DNA of 64,000 nt from contig DYOB01000003.1 in NCBI GenBank assembly GCA_020720765.1, forward strand, positions 3,170 to 67,169, read 5' to 3'. The position numbers and the translations under genes are program-made. The stretch is from Borreliella garinii. GTDB lineage: Bacteria > Spirochaetota > Spirochaetia > JABEVK01. Shown in pieces: positions 1 to 9,860 of this stretch (position 1 is its first letter; each line of letters starts with the position of its first letter). Under the pieces are notes generated by a model. That model searched no databases. It worked only from the letters and a program-made list of their open reading frames with translations, and had not been told where the DNA came from.

Positions 1-174
1 GGTTAACGGGATAAACATTTCTGTGCCTAGATCCCCTTCTAGAAAAACAACCTGGTCTTTTTTGAATTCACGGACATCGCAAATTTCGAGAATTTTAGTC
101 AGATGTTCCTTATTGGTGCGTATATCGATAAAAAGAGGAATCGCACATATTTTTTCTTTTAAATTTTCTTTCAT
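1..174 (-). CDS. Cyclic-nucleotide-binding (CAP effector) domain protein, N-terminal fragment running off the window edge
   Basis: The minus-strand ATG at 174..172 overlaps the K+ channel stop (ATGA). Translation MKENLKEKICAIPLFIDIRTNKEHLTKILEICDVREFKKDQVVFLEGDLGTEMFI matches the cNMP-binding domain pattern. Confidence 0.5.
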   Translation of the reverse strand, partial: MKENLKEKICAIPLFIDIRTNKEHLTKILEICDVREFKKDQVVFLEGDLGTEMFIPLT

Positions 175-1340
175 ATCCGCTCCAATACAATCGCCCGCGA
201 GTGCCTAGGCAGGATATAATCGCCGTCCGGTAAAAGCACGGGCTTATTGGGTTCAAGGCTTTTTACTCGTGTTAAGTTTTGAACAAGGAGTGAAACATTG
301 CTGGTTTTTTGGGCCTCCCTTAAGGCATCGAGTTTTAATTTTTTTGGACTTCCTGAGTTTTCTAGAATCCCGATAAGAACCTTATTATGCGTGACAAAGT
401 AGTGTTCACGAAGTTCATTAAAATTTCTACCCACCCAACCAGCAGGAACAATCGGGGTAGCCATACGCACACCCCCGGATTTTCTATCGATAATATTATA
501 CATAATGTGGGACATTCCGCTGATAACACTGGTATTCGTCAGAAGTTTTCTTGTGATATCGCGTATTAAAAAAATCTCGTCGCACTGAGCGGCTTTTAGA
601 TTAGTTTCATACTTTTTGTCGATTAGTTCCGCACAAACGTAGGTGTCTTTTGCTATATTTTTTATCGTCATAACCGTCATAACTGTTTTTGAATCCACCT
701 CGGTTCCCGTTACAGACTCCACGATATCTGCGAGAACCAAGACCTTTGCTGCGCGTGTAACATTGGCTCGCATGAGTGTAGAATCGGAAAAGTAGTCCCC
801 GCGGACAAATCGAAGTCCGGTTAAAGATTTTTCTTCCCGCAGGGCTTCCACCTTTTCAGGATCGACATTGGAGATCAAAATGATATTTTCGGAGGGGAAT
901 TCCTCGGAGATTTCAACTATTTCAAGCAGGATGGCCTTGATATGGTCCTTCCATCCGCAAATTACCATGTGACCCGACATTCCAGGATAATCCATAAGCC
1001 CCCTCCTTGCCTTGCTGTTCCGTTCAACTATCAATGAAGCCGCCAAACCGGCTATATAACCCGCCACGGCTATTCCAAAAAACATCATTAGAACAGCTAT
1101 GACCCTCCCAAACCATGAGGAGGGAACCATGTCCCCGTAACCTGTGGTTGTAAAAGTCACAACACCCCACCAAAGCGAGTTAAAAAAAGAAAAAACATTG
1201 CTCCCGTCACCTTCTGCAAGCGAATACAGAAAAGACAGGACAAGAAAAAGGATGAGGCTGACAGTTAATGTCAAGGATATAGTTGATTCAGTAAAACGAA
1301 CTACTTTTCTTCGAAGAAAATTTAGAAATCTATATAACAA
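171..1340 (-). CDS. Potassium channel with TrkA-N/RCK domain (MthK/Kch-like)
   Basis: 389 aa. Two N-terminal TM helices, the TTGYGD selectivity filter, and a cytoplasmic RCK/NAD-binding-like domain. Confidence 0.8.
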   Translation of the reverse strand: MLYRFLNFLRRKVVRFTESTISLTLTVSLILFLVLSFLYSLAEGDGSNVFSFFNSLWWGVVTFTTTGYGDMVPSSWFGRVIAVLMMFFGIAVAGYIAGLAASLIVERNSKARRGLMDYPGMSGHMVICGWKDHIKAILLEIVEISEEFPSENIILISNVDPEKVEALREEKSLTGLRFVRGDYFSDSTLMRANVTRAAKVLVLADIVESVTGTEVDSKTVMTVMTIKNIAKDTYVCAELIDKKYETNLKAAQCDEIFLIRDITRKLLTNTSVISGMSHIMYNIIDRKSGGVRMATPIVPAGWVGRNFNELREHYFVTHNKVLIGILENSGSPKKLKLDALREAQKTSNVSLLVQNLTRVKSLEPNKPVLLPDGDYILPRHSRAIVLERI

Positions 1341-1381
1341 AAAGTCCTCCCCTTCTATTATCGAAAGGAAGGCTCCTCAGT

Positions 1382-2380
1382 TTAATGGGAAGTTTTTTTC
1401 AAACTCTTTTGCCTACGGCCCATCTGTGAAAAAACTATCATGGCTATGACGCCACCAAGTATCATCAAAAAGCTGAAAATTTGACCCGTTGAAAAATTCC
1501 ACGGAGAAATAATCAGATGGCTGGTGAGAATTCCGCCCTGGCTGTTCATAATGGCCTGTGGGTCCAACATGATGGGAAAGTCCATTCCTGCATCTGGGGT
1601 TCTGAGATATTCAACGACAAACCTCGCTACTCCATACCCGATGATGTAGGCGGAAAGGTAAAATCCTTTGAACATGTCCCTCTTTGAGAAGACCAACCAG
1701 AAAATTAAAAAGATCAGAATACCTTCTGAAAAAGCCTCGTAAAGCTGACTGGGGTGACGCGGCAGGTTAACCATACCGTTGATAACTGCGCTGTCTGGAA
1801 TTCCCGTTTGGGCCATGACTTCCTTAACCCAGGGCTCCCTCACAGAAAGCATGCTTCCAGTGGGAAAAATCATCCCCCAAGGTACCGTTGTAACTCTTCC
1901 ATAGAGTTCGCCGTTGATAAAATTCCCCAGCCGGCCGAAGGTGTAGCCTAAAGGTACCCCGTAAACGATCATATCCGACCACTGAAGGAGGTCAATTTTT
2001 TTCCATCGGGTATAGATTAAAGCTCCAACTAGCGCTCCAACAAAGCCCCCGTGGTAGCTTAACCCCTGAAAACCGAATGAACCGTCACGGTTGAAGGGCC
2101 AAAAGATCTCCCAGGGGTGGGTCCAATAATAACCGTCAGGGGTATAAACCAAGGTACCAAAAAGCCTTGCACCCAGCATCAAACCGACAATTAAAAAAGT
2201 GAAAAATTGTCCTGTCTGGTCTTTGCTGATATCCAGACCTTTTGCCTTCACCTGCCGCCTGAAAAGGATGTAGGTAATTCCAAAGGCGACAAGGTACATT
2301 ACAGCATACCAGCGGAAGGGTAGAATTCCAGGCAAAATCTCGGGTTTGAGCCAAGAAGGAAATTCTATATAATTGATCAA
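1382..2380 (-). CDS. lgt: Prolipoprotein diacylglyceryl transferase
   Basis: 332 aa polytopic membrane protein carrying the Lgt signature FGRLGNFINGELYGRVTTVPWGMIFP. Confidence 0.9.
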   Translation of the reverse strand: MINYIEFPSWLKPEILPGILPFRWYAVMYLVAFGITYILFRRQVKAKGLDISKDQTGQFFTFLIVGLMLGARLFGTLVYTPDGYYWTHPWEIFWPFNRDGSFGFQGLSYHGGFVGALVGALIYTRWKKIDLLQWSDMIVYGVPLGYTFGRLGNFINGELYGRVTTVPWGMIFPTGSMLSVREPWVKEVMAQTGIPDSAVINGMVNLPRHPSQLYEAFSEGILIFLIFWLVFSKRDMFKGFYLSAYIIGYGVARFVVEYLRTPDAGMDFPIMLDPQAIMNSQGGILTSHLIISPWNFSTGQIFSFLMILGGVIAMIVFSQMGRRQKSLKKTSH

Positions 2381-5292
2381 AGCGGTGTCTCCTCTAATTT
2401 TCCGGTCATAAGATTAAAAGTAATACGAACAGAAGTCTTTTTTTGTTGAACTTCTAAAAGCCTACCGTGACTTTCTATATTAACTCCTGGAAAAATACTA
2501 CCCTTGACGAGAATTTCTGAAGGAAAATGAACTTCAAATTTATCCCTTAGAAATATCAATTTCCGGCCTCTTTTTTCGAGCATTTTCATTAGTAGCACCT
2601 TTTTCTTTCTTACTGCGTCTAAATGTGCCTTTTGATCCGGTTTGCTGAACTTCAGCATCATCCGGTCAAGCGCTATAATCGATTGCCTGATCTTGTCCAC
2701 CTCCTTTTCTTCTGTTTTGATCTGATCCTCGACGAGATAATCCTGTCCGAAGGAAACTATTGTTTCTTTTTTCGAAGGATGCCCCAGATTGTGGACCTCC
2801 ATTCCGAATTTCGTTCTAATATTTCCACCCGCAATCGTACCTTCGGCCTTGGACTGTCGGATCCGGCCATTACATTTAAAGGTGCAAAACAAGGCCGAAT
2901 GCTGGATTACTGTATCACCAACGCTCATGAGTATGGTTCTCTCGGCCTGATGTACGCTGATATGTTTTTTGGCACTGATAACAGCTTTTCCTTCCCCCCT
3001 GACCAAACCTGATACAATGACGTTGATGCCCCCGGAAAGCAAACTAGCACCAACGTCGCCGTTGATTTTCAAATCACCTCCCGCGTAGAGGGCTACACCG
3101 GATTCAACACTGGTTTCGACAGCTACATTTCCTGCGAACTTGCGGTTACCTTCAGATTTTTTAGCTCCGTGAGGTAGGACTAAAGTGTCTTTAAGTTGAA
3201 GGGTTTTTCCATCGAAAAGAAACTCGCCGCTGCGTTCAGCCAATATCTGAACCCGTGTGGAATCTTCCAGCGGTTTAGTAGAAAAACCCGCCTCTAATTT
3301 AAGTTCCTGCACACTTTCAACCGCACAGGGAATAATATTGCCCATAATATCTACACCATCTGCACAAGTCCCGTCATGCGGGTCGTATTCTGCTATGACT
3401 GTTCCTGCTGTTGCGGAGCCCTGGGTTATATCTTTTTTAAGATCATGCCGGTTTTCGGTTTTGAAAAAGATACGCGCCCGGAGGTCAGAACCTGGTGCTT
3501 TTCCGCTTGCAACGAGAACCGATTCGACTTTCCCCGACTTTCTTGCTAAATCAAGAGCCTTTACTATTGCTTCATGGTCAATCCCGTCGAGGACTTGTTC
3601 CTGTTTTAGGGTTTCCTCTATTTGAGTGGTCGTTAGAGGTGATCCGGTACCCAATGCTTGATAAAGGTTCATGCGAGCACTCATATGATCGTTGCTGTGA
3701 AAGACCTCGACGAGCGCGTCTTTGTGTTTTCGAAGTCGTAAGTAATAACCTGTTTCATCTTCTTTTATTTCAACAAAACCGTCTTCGAAAGCCAGCACAG
3801 AATCTCCCACCCTTCGTATTTCCCCAAAACAAAAAAGTCGAGGGTCGTTGCCAGGAAATGGCGGAACAATTTCTCCAAAAATATCCACGCCGGTAACACC
3901 TGGTACCCCATTTCCCAGGTTCAGCACCGCTACTGTGCCTTCTGCGTTTACTACTGCACCTTTTTGAACTTGTTCAAGTGGAAATTCCATTAATCCCGGA
4001 GTTTCTTTAAGGAAAAGAGGGTTGGCTTTAATACGTTGATGGATGATTTTTAGAGCATCATGTGTTAAAAAATTTACTCGAAAATCTAGAATACGGTCAG
4101 GATTCCTTGTTGGGCTTTTACCTTGGGCAAAAATAAAGTCTTGCAAAAGGATTTTATCGGACGCCATAAAAGCATTCACCGTTTTCATGACTTCGCCAAT
4201 AACAAGATTTTTTATTGTTAAAGCTGAAATTTCTTTTACAAGTGTAGTTAGATTTAACGGCGCCCCTTTTCCTGTCGGTTTGTATAAGGTCATGGCCGCT
4301 TTGAGTTTATCTGTGGAAATGTTAATTTCACTGCGTCCGTCAGAGGTACTTGTCAAGGAAAATCCGGTCACAGCTATCTGGCTTTGAAGCGATTTTCTGA
4401 TAACTGCGTCAATATCCCCTTTTGATAGGACACGTTCAATTGGGAAACCATCGCTTTCCAATTTTTTAAGAATTTCAGCCGAATCCACGATCGGGGCCTC
4501 GATGCTACCTGGATGAAAATCCAAATGAGCGTTGGATTTATCGGGAGAATAGGAAATTTGAAATTGATGGGGCAGGTATTCCAGGACTTCAACCCAGTTT
4601 TTTCCGCGCCTCACAAAGCCAGACACCAAGACCTTGTAACCGTCTTTAGACTTTTCGATGCCTTCTCCAAGAAAAAACTTTCCACTCGGCACCTGGGGCG
4701 GTGGCACCAACCGCCCACCCAGATCACGCCCCGGTTTGCCCGGCTTCGAGGGAAAACTTGTTCCGATTTTCTGCCCGGCCTCGAAGAACCCTACGGCTAG
4801 AGACTGCGCTGATACGATCACGTGTTCACGGACTTCCCTTATTTCATTTGTAATTTGGGTTTCTACTTTTTTTCCTGCAAAAAGCCCGCCTTTAACTTCG
4901 ACCTGCTTTTTTATTTCAATCTTTTCCTTCTTAACATCGAAGACCGCGGGGTTGGGGTTCTTTTTTAAAATTCTGTCGGCAATATTTTTCATGTCTTCCG
5001 GAATTAAAAAATCATCCCATTCGACTTCTTCCGCAACAGGCGGTAGGGGCAATATTCCTTTGGCGAAAACAAACTGGAGGCTCTTTTCTTTTGATTGAAC
5101 AAACTTATCGATCTGGTAATCAATATCTGTTTTCTTAAACCCTTCTTTGATCCCCATGGTCATCAAATGCTTCGTTAGCCGTTCGGAATCCCAATTTTCC
5201 CCCGGACTTTTTTCCAGGATAAGAGATGCTTCCAAAAGGGGCGCATTGATTTCTGCCTTGAGGATTCCAGAAAATTTAAAACCTTTATCCAA
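2377..5292 (-). CDS. FapA/DUF342 family beta-helix protein (unusually long, 971 aa)
   Basis: Repetitive G/V/I-rich parallel beta-helix segments (e.g. GDLKINGDVGASLLSGGINVIVSGLVRGEGKAVISAKKHISV) typical of DUF342/FapA. The stop overlaps the lgt start by 4 nt. Confidence 0.6.
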   Translation of the reverse strand: MDKGFKFSGILKAEINAPLLEASLILEKSPGENWDSERLTKHLMTMGIKEGFKKTDIDYQIDKFVQSKEKSLQFVFAKGILPLPPVAEEVEWDDFLIPEDMKNIADRILKKNPNPAVFDVKKEKIEIKKQVEVKGGLFAGKKVETQITNEIREVREHVIVSAQSLAVGFFEAGQKIGTSFPSKPGKPGRDLGGRLVPPPQVPSGKFFLGEGIEKSKDGYKVLVSGFVRRGKNWVEVLEYLPHQFQISYSPDKSNAHLDFHPGSIEAPIVDSAEILKKLESDGFPIERVLSKGDIDAVIRKSLQSQIAVTGFSLTSTSDGRSEINISTDKLKAAMTLYKPTGKGAPLNLTTLVKEISALTIKNLVIGEVMKTVNAFMASDKILLQDFIFAQGKSPTRNPDRILDFRVNFLTHDALKIIHQRIKANPLFLKETPGLMEFPLEQVQKGAVVNAEGTVAVLNLGNGVPGVTGVDIFGEIVPPFPGNDPRLFCFGEIRRVGDSVLAFEDGFVEIKEDETGYYLRLRKHKDALVEVFHSNDHMSARMNLYQALGTGSPLTTTQIEETLKQEQVLDGIDHEAIVKALDLARKSGKVESVLVASGKAPGSDLRARIFFKTENRHDLKKDITQGSATAGTVIAEYDPHDGTCADGVDIMGNIIPCAVESVQELKLEAGFSTKPLEDSTRVQILAERSGEFLFDGKTLQLKDTLVLPHGAKKSEGNRKFAGNVAVETSVESGVALYAGGDLKINGDVGASLLSGGINVIVSGLVRGEGKAVISAKKHISVHQAERTILMSVGDTVIQHSALFCTFKCNGRIRQSKAEGTIAGGNIRTKFGMEVHNLGHPSKKETIVSFGQDYLVEDQIKTEEKEVDKIRQSIIALDRMMLKFSKPDQKAHLDAVRKKKVLLMKMLEKRGRKLIFLRDKFEVHFPSEILVKGSIFPGVNIESHGRLLEVQQKKTSVRITFNLMTGKLEETPL

Positions 5293-5304
5293 AACACTTC
5301 TCCA

Positions 5305-6444
5305 TCACAAACGAACCCCTGCCTGAAGAGCTTTTACAACCTTGGATTTTAAAAGGAGGTTTTCTTTTCGAAGCTGGGTTATTTCCAACTGTTGGGTTCT
5401 CACGGTTTCGACGAGATCGCCCATAGAAAGCGTACCGGAATCCAGTAGGTCTTCTAAAAACTCTACCCGGGATTCAAAATCAACTTCAGCTTCCTGGCTG
5501 GCAGTCTGGAAATTTTCATCCAGAAATTCCCAGTCCAAGGGACCGTCATCGAGACCCTCCGTCGAGATAATTTTTTCAGAGATGCGATAGATGGCCTGGC
5601 TTAATACGCTCTGGGGTTTGTAAAGAACAATTGGCAGGCGCGCGCCTAAAGCGATATCCTGGAGTTCGTCCCGGTAGATCACCCCCAAATGATCGAGTTC
5701 TATTCCCAAGTATTCCCTGCATGACCGCCTGACTTTTGCCGCTTTTTCAGCGTCTTCAGGATGTTCCAGCATATTAAACACCAATCTCGGTTGAAACTTT
5801 CCAACTGCGTTGTTAAAGGCTTGTGCGCTAACAGGGTCTTTTTCCTTAACCGTCTCAAGGAATCTTGGCAAATACAGTTTTTGGGCCTGGGATCCGCTCG
5901 TTAAGATTTTATTGAGTTGCTCTTTTGCCCAGGAACCTTTTTTAAAACTCGTATCCAATAACCTGAATACAGCGTTTTTAAGAAAAAAATAGGCGTTAAG
6001 CGTAGCGGTTAAGGTCGGTGTCGTTACAACAATACCCCTGCTGGAAGTGAGAAAACTATCGACAGTGTTGGTGCTTGTACCTGCACCCAAGTCCATAATA
6101 AGGTAATCAGCCTCAAGATTGAGAAGATTTTTTAGGAGTTTGTTTTTTTGTTGGAATTTTATATTTGCCATTCCGGGAATTTCAGAGTCTCCTGGAAGGA
6201 ACTGAAGATTGGGTACATCTGTATCCAGGAGAAGCTTGTTGAGCGCTACCCCCTCAAAGAGAAAGGAACCTATTCCCTGGGGAATGGCCCTCAATCCCAA
6301 AATCAAATGCAGGTTCGAACCGCCCAGGTCAAGATCTGTGAGAATCACCTTTTTTCCAGCTTGAGCCAATGCAATTGAGAGGTTGGCAGAAAGAAGGGAT
6401 TTCCCTACCCCGCCTTTTCCGCTGGCTATGGGAATAATATGCAT
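5305..6444 (-). CDS. MinD/ParA-family P-loop ATPase with C-terminal coiled-coil extension
   Basis: N-terminal deviant Walker A IASGKGGVGKS; 379 aa. The start overlaps the upstream gene stop (TAATG). Confidence 0.75.
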   Translation of the reverse strand: MHIIPIASGKGGVGKSLLSANLSIALAQAGKKVILTDLDLGGSNLHLILGLRAIPQGIGSFLFEGVALNKLLLDTDVPNLQFLPGDSEIPGMANIKFQQKNKLLKNLLNLEADYLIMDLGAGTSTNTVDSFLTSSRGIVVTTPTLTATLNAYFFLKNAVFRLLDTSFKKGSWAKEQLNKILTSGSQAQKLYLPRFLETVKEKDPVSAQAFNNAVGKFQPRLVFNMLEHPEDAEKAAKVRRSCREYLGIELDHLGVIYRDELQDIALGARLPIVLYKPQSVLSQAIYRISEKIISTEGLDDGPLDWEFLDENFQTASQEAEVDFESRVEFLEDLLDSGTLSMGDLVETVRTQQLEITQLRKENLLLKSKVVKALQAGVRL

Positions 6445-6896
6445 TACCTAGGCTCCTTGCCAACTATGGCTGATGCATGGATTTGCCTAAAAATCAGGTA
6501 CACAACCAAAGAAGAAAAGAGGGCGCTTAAAAATAAATACCCGCCCCATTTAACAAGGATTTCAGACTGGGGGGGGAAGTCAAAGAACTTAGGCAGTAAA
6601 ATAATACTAAATTTTATAAAATTCAGGACAACGTTCACAGCGCCAAGGGGATATAATTCCTTAATTTCCCTATAAAATATGTACATAGGTAGAAAACTTG
6701 CATAGGCAGAAAATGCCAGCACGAAAAGCGCTGAGGTAAATGGGTCCGGCATCAAGTCCCTCATCACAAGGAAAACAAAAAAAAGCAGAGATAAAAGAGA
6801 AAGTGCTTCCAGGGCAATAAGAAAAGGTTTTGGCTGAAATTGCATGTTTTCATTGTATGAGGGGTATCCAGTAGGGTCAAGGCGTTGACAAAGCAT
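6444..6896 (-). CDS. Hypothetical integral membrane protein
   Basis: 150 aa with about four hydrophobic helices. Translationally coupled to the downstream ParA-like gene. Confidence 0.4.
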   Translation of the reverse strand: MLCQRLDPTGYPSYNENMQFQPKPFLIALEALSLLSLLFFVFLVMRDLMPDPFTSALFVLAFSAYASFLPMYIFYREIKELYPLGAVNVVLNFIKFSIILLPKFFDFPPQSEILVKWGGYLFLSALFSSLVVYLIFRQIHASAIVGKEPR

Positions 6897-6919
6897 CGTG
6901 AAAAAATAACTATCTTAGA

Positions 6920-8347
6920 ATGAAAACTTATTGGAAACTTGGGCTTTTCGCCCTAGCAGGAATCCTTCTTACAGCCTTCCTTGTTTTTACCCCTTTTCTT
7001 ACTGCACAGACCCCGTCCATCGTTCCACAGGGTACAAACTCCACCTCGACCTACGCACAAATGTTCCAAACAGCAATGAACTTTGTTCTTACACGGTATG
7101 TGGACGAACCGGATCCCCAGGTACTTTTCGAGGGCGCGATGAAGGGCATGCTGGAAGCTCTCGACGACCCCTATACCGCCTATCTTAATGAATCCGATTA
7201 CAGAGGCCTTACCGATACAACGCAAGGTGAATTCGGGGGGGTCGGTCTTTTTATCAATAAAGTCAGTTTAAGCCAAATACGTCCTGATGGCCCTATAACA
7301 CAATATTTTGTGGAAGTCGTAAGCCCCATCGACGACACCCCGGCTCATAGGGCGGGAATTCTGGCTGGCGACTTTATCACCGATATCGAAGGGGAAAGTG
7401 TGAAAACCCTTGAAATGGACGAAGTCCTTAAAAAACTACGCGGCAGACCGGGCTCTCCTGTAATAATCACCATCCTCAGGCAGGATACTATCACGTTTGA
7501 TGTCACCCTCAACAGAGCCATCATTGAGGTTCCCAGTGTGCGTCATCAAATGATCGATGATATCGGTTATTTAAGAATCCTTCAGTTCACCTCCCACACA
7601 GCCGAAAGAACCGAAGCCGCCCTGAAGGATATTGTGTCTAAAAATCCTAAAGCTCTCATCCTCGATCTTCGTTCGAACCCGGGCGGGCTTCTTGGCTCTG
7701 TTGTCCAGGTTGCCGACTTTTTCTTTCCCGAAGGCACTCTCGTTAGCACCCGATCCCGCAACCCTAGAGAAAACCAGACTTTCCCGGCCTCGGTCGGGTA
7801 CGAATTCTCTCCGACTCTTCCCATTGTTGTCCTCATCGATAAAGGCAGTGCAAGCGCATCTGAAATTCTTGCCGGCGCGATGAAGGATAGAAAACGCGCC
7901 TTCTTGATTGGTGAAACATCTTACGGTAAGGGATCTGTTCAGCAGGTTGTACCTTTTGGCCGAACGGGTTTCAGAATGACAACAGCCAGGTATTACACCC
8001 CCAACGATATAAGTATCGATAAAATCGGCGTAGTTCCCGACAAAGAAATAAAGATACCCGACCTCACAGAGTCGGAACAGGACGCTTTTAAAAAGCTTAT
8101 GCAGTCCGGAAGAATCGAACTACTCGTAAGACAGGTTACAAAACCAACACCCGATCAAATGCAAAGCTGGGTGGTGAGGCTTCAAAATGAAGGGTTTTCC
8201 CTGGAACAGAGGATACTTAGAAGGTTGATTCAAAATGAAGTCAACCGTGTCAATAATATTTCTCCTCCTTCCGTGGACCTTGAATATGACCTCGTGCTTT
8301 CCCAAACCCTGGATTTGATCCGGCAAGGACAAATACCCCGTTTGTGA
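6920..8347 (+). CDS. ctp: Carboxyl-terminal processing protease (S41 family, PDZ domain)
   Basis: Signal/TM at the N-terminus, a PDZ region, and the S41 catalytic motif GSASASEILAGAMKD. Confidence 0.85.
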   Translation: MKTYWKLGLFALAGILLTAFLVFTPFLTAQTPSIVPQGTNSTSTYAQMFQTAMNFVLTRYVDEPDPQVLFEGAMKGMLEALDDPYTAYLNESDYRGLTDTTQGEFGGVGLFINKVSLSQIRPDGPITQYFVEVVSPIDDTPAHRAGILAGDFITDIEGESVKTLEMDEVLKKLRGRPGSPVIITILRQDTITFDVTLNRAIIEVPSVRHQMIDDIGYLRILQFTSHTAERTEAALKDIVSKNPKALILDLRSNPGGLLGSVVQVADFFFPEGTLVSTRSRNPRENQTFPASVGYEFSPTLPIVVLIDKGSASASEILAGAMKDRKRAFLIGETSYGKGSVQQVVPFGRTGFRMTTARYYTPNDISIDKIGVVPDKEIKIPDLTESEQDAFKKLMQSGRIELLVRQVTKPTPDQMQSWVVRLQNEGFSLEQRILRRLIQNEVNRVNNISPPSVDLEYDLVLSQTLDLIRQGQIPRL

Positions 8348-9090
8348 AACAACTCGTTCTTGACATTTCCCCGGAAGATGGTGCAAGCCTACAACTGACG
8401 GGGGAAACTTTCCACTATCTCGTCAATGTACGCCGCGAGAAAACGGGTCACGTGATTTCTACATTGTCTCCGAACGGCACCCCCGGCCGTTTATTGATAC
8501 AGGAAATAGGAAAAGATTTTCTGCTAGGGGAATGGAAATCGCTTGATTTGAAGAACACAAAAGAAAGACATTTGACTGTGACCCTTTACCCGGCCGCCCT
8601 AAAAGGTAACAAACTCGACGATGTTCTTCGCCAAAGTGTCGAATCCGGGATTGCCTCCTGGCACCCTTGGATAGCACATCATTCCATCAGCAGGCCGGAT
8701 TCTGAAAGAGGAAGGGAACGTTGGTTGAAAATCACCAGGGAAGCCCTTCAGCAATCCGGTCGTACGACACCTGTGGAGACAATAGGTTATTCAGACTATA
8801 CTCAGATGTGTGTGCGTTGGCGGGTGGAGAAGACTCTTTTGGTTTTCCACCATGAACCTCTTCATAGTGTTGGTTTTCATTCTGTTCTTAGGGATGATGT
8901 TTCCCAGGTTGGTTTGGTTTTTGGCCCGGAGGGCGGTTTGAACCGGGAAGAAGTTCTGTTTTTCCAGGATATCAACGCTCATTTTATCTGGCTTGGTTCC
9001 GGGATTTTACGTAGTGAAACAGCGATTATTTATTCATTGGGTGCAATAAAAACTATTTTTCAGGAGAAAGCCTTATGGAAAACCCCATAG
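8344..9090 (+). CDS. rsmE: 16S rRNA (uracil1498-N3)-methyltransferase
   Basis: 248 aa with the C-terminal SPOUT motif LVFGPEGGL. Overlaps the ctp stop by 4 nt. Confidence 0.75.
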   Translation: MKQLVLDISPEDGASLQLTGETFHYLVNVRREKTGHVISTLSPNGTPGRLLIQEIGKDFLLGEWKSLDLKNTKERHLTVTLYPAALKGNKLDDVLRQSVESGIASWHPWIAHHSISRPDSERGRERWLKITREALQQSGRTTPVETIGYSDYTQMCVRWRVEKTLLVFHHEPLHSVGFHSVLRDDVSQVGLVFGPEGGLNREEVLFFQDINAHFIWLGSGILRSETAIIYSLGAIKTIFQEKALWKTP

Positions 9091-9848
9091 TGAAGCAAAT
9101 TCAGCGAATCAATTTTTTAGGGGTACCTATCGATATACTCCCCGAAAAACACCTTGAAGCTGTTATTCTTAAAATGCTTGAAAGTGGAAAAAGCTGGAAA
9201 ATTGTTCTTCTGTCTTATAAGGATTTCCGCAAAGCGCGCCGTGATAAGGAGCTCCAAACCTACCTTTTCCGCGCCGGGCTTGTCATACCTGTGGATAAAA
9301 GCCTCGAATGGGGGATGAAGGCTTTGGGCCTTCCTATACCGGTCCGTTACCACCCCTTTGACTTTGCGATTCGACTTTTCGGAATACTCGAACAAAAGAG
9401 AATGAGCCTCTACCTCCTTGGCGGAAGCGTCCCCGAAGTCCAAAAAGCCGCAGATACTGTTAAAACAGGTTTTCCTGGGCTTGTGCTTATTGGCCGCCAC
9501 GCTGGAAGATACCCGAAAGAGACTGAAACAACCATTCAGACAGCAATACAAAAATCGAGCCCTTCCTTGCTTTTCGCAGGTACAGGTCTACAAGGCCGCG
9601 TTAAATGGATATTTTACGCGGAAAAAACCATTACCAGCCCCTTGGTCTTTTGGTCGGCTGAAGCCTTTCAAATCATTGTAGGTAAAAAACGTTTGCCGCC
9701 GAGGGAAATCTTCAAATCTCGTTTTCGTCAAGGAACTCTGGGACTTGCTGGATTATGGTACAACCCATTCCGGTGGTTACGGATTTTCAGCTACCTCAGC
9801 TATGCCTTGATAGTTCTTTTTTCCAAGCTATTTTCAAAAAAGGTTTGA
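9075..9848 (+). CDS. WecB/TagA/CpsF family (GT26) glycosyltransferase
   Basis: 257 aa; GVPID and LLGG motifs and overall similarity to WecG/TagA N-acetylmannosaminyltransferases. Confidence 0.65.
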   Translation: MENPIVKQIQRINFLGVPIDILPEKHLEAVILKMLESGKSWKIVLLSYKDFRKARRDKELQTYLFRAGLVIPVDKSLEWGMKALGLPIPVRYHPFDFAIRLFGILEQKRMSLYLLGGSVPEVQKAADTVKTGFPGLVLIGRHAGRYPKETETTIQTAIQKSSPSLLFAGTGLQGRVKWIFYAEKTITSPLVFWSAEAFQIIVGKKRLPPREIFKSRFRQGTLGLAGLWYNPFRWLRIFSYLSYALIVLFSKLFSKKV

Positions 9849-9860
9849 AAAAACTCTTAC

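Noticed and set aside
2623-5098. Plus-strand ORFs of 95–146 aa (2623..3012, 3257..3625, 3495..3896, 4043..4387, 4513..4800, 4658..5098) inside the FapA/DUF342 gene
   Set aside because: They lie antisense to a long well-supported CDS, lack starts with an RBS, and have low-complexity or odd composition. Typical shadow ORFs.
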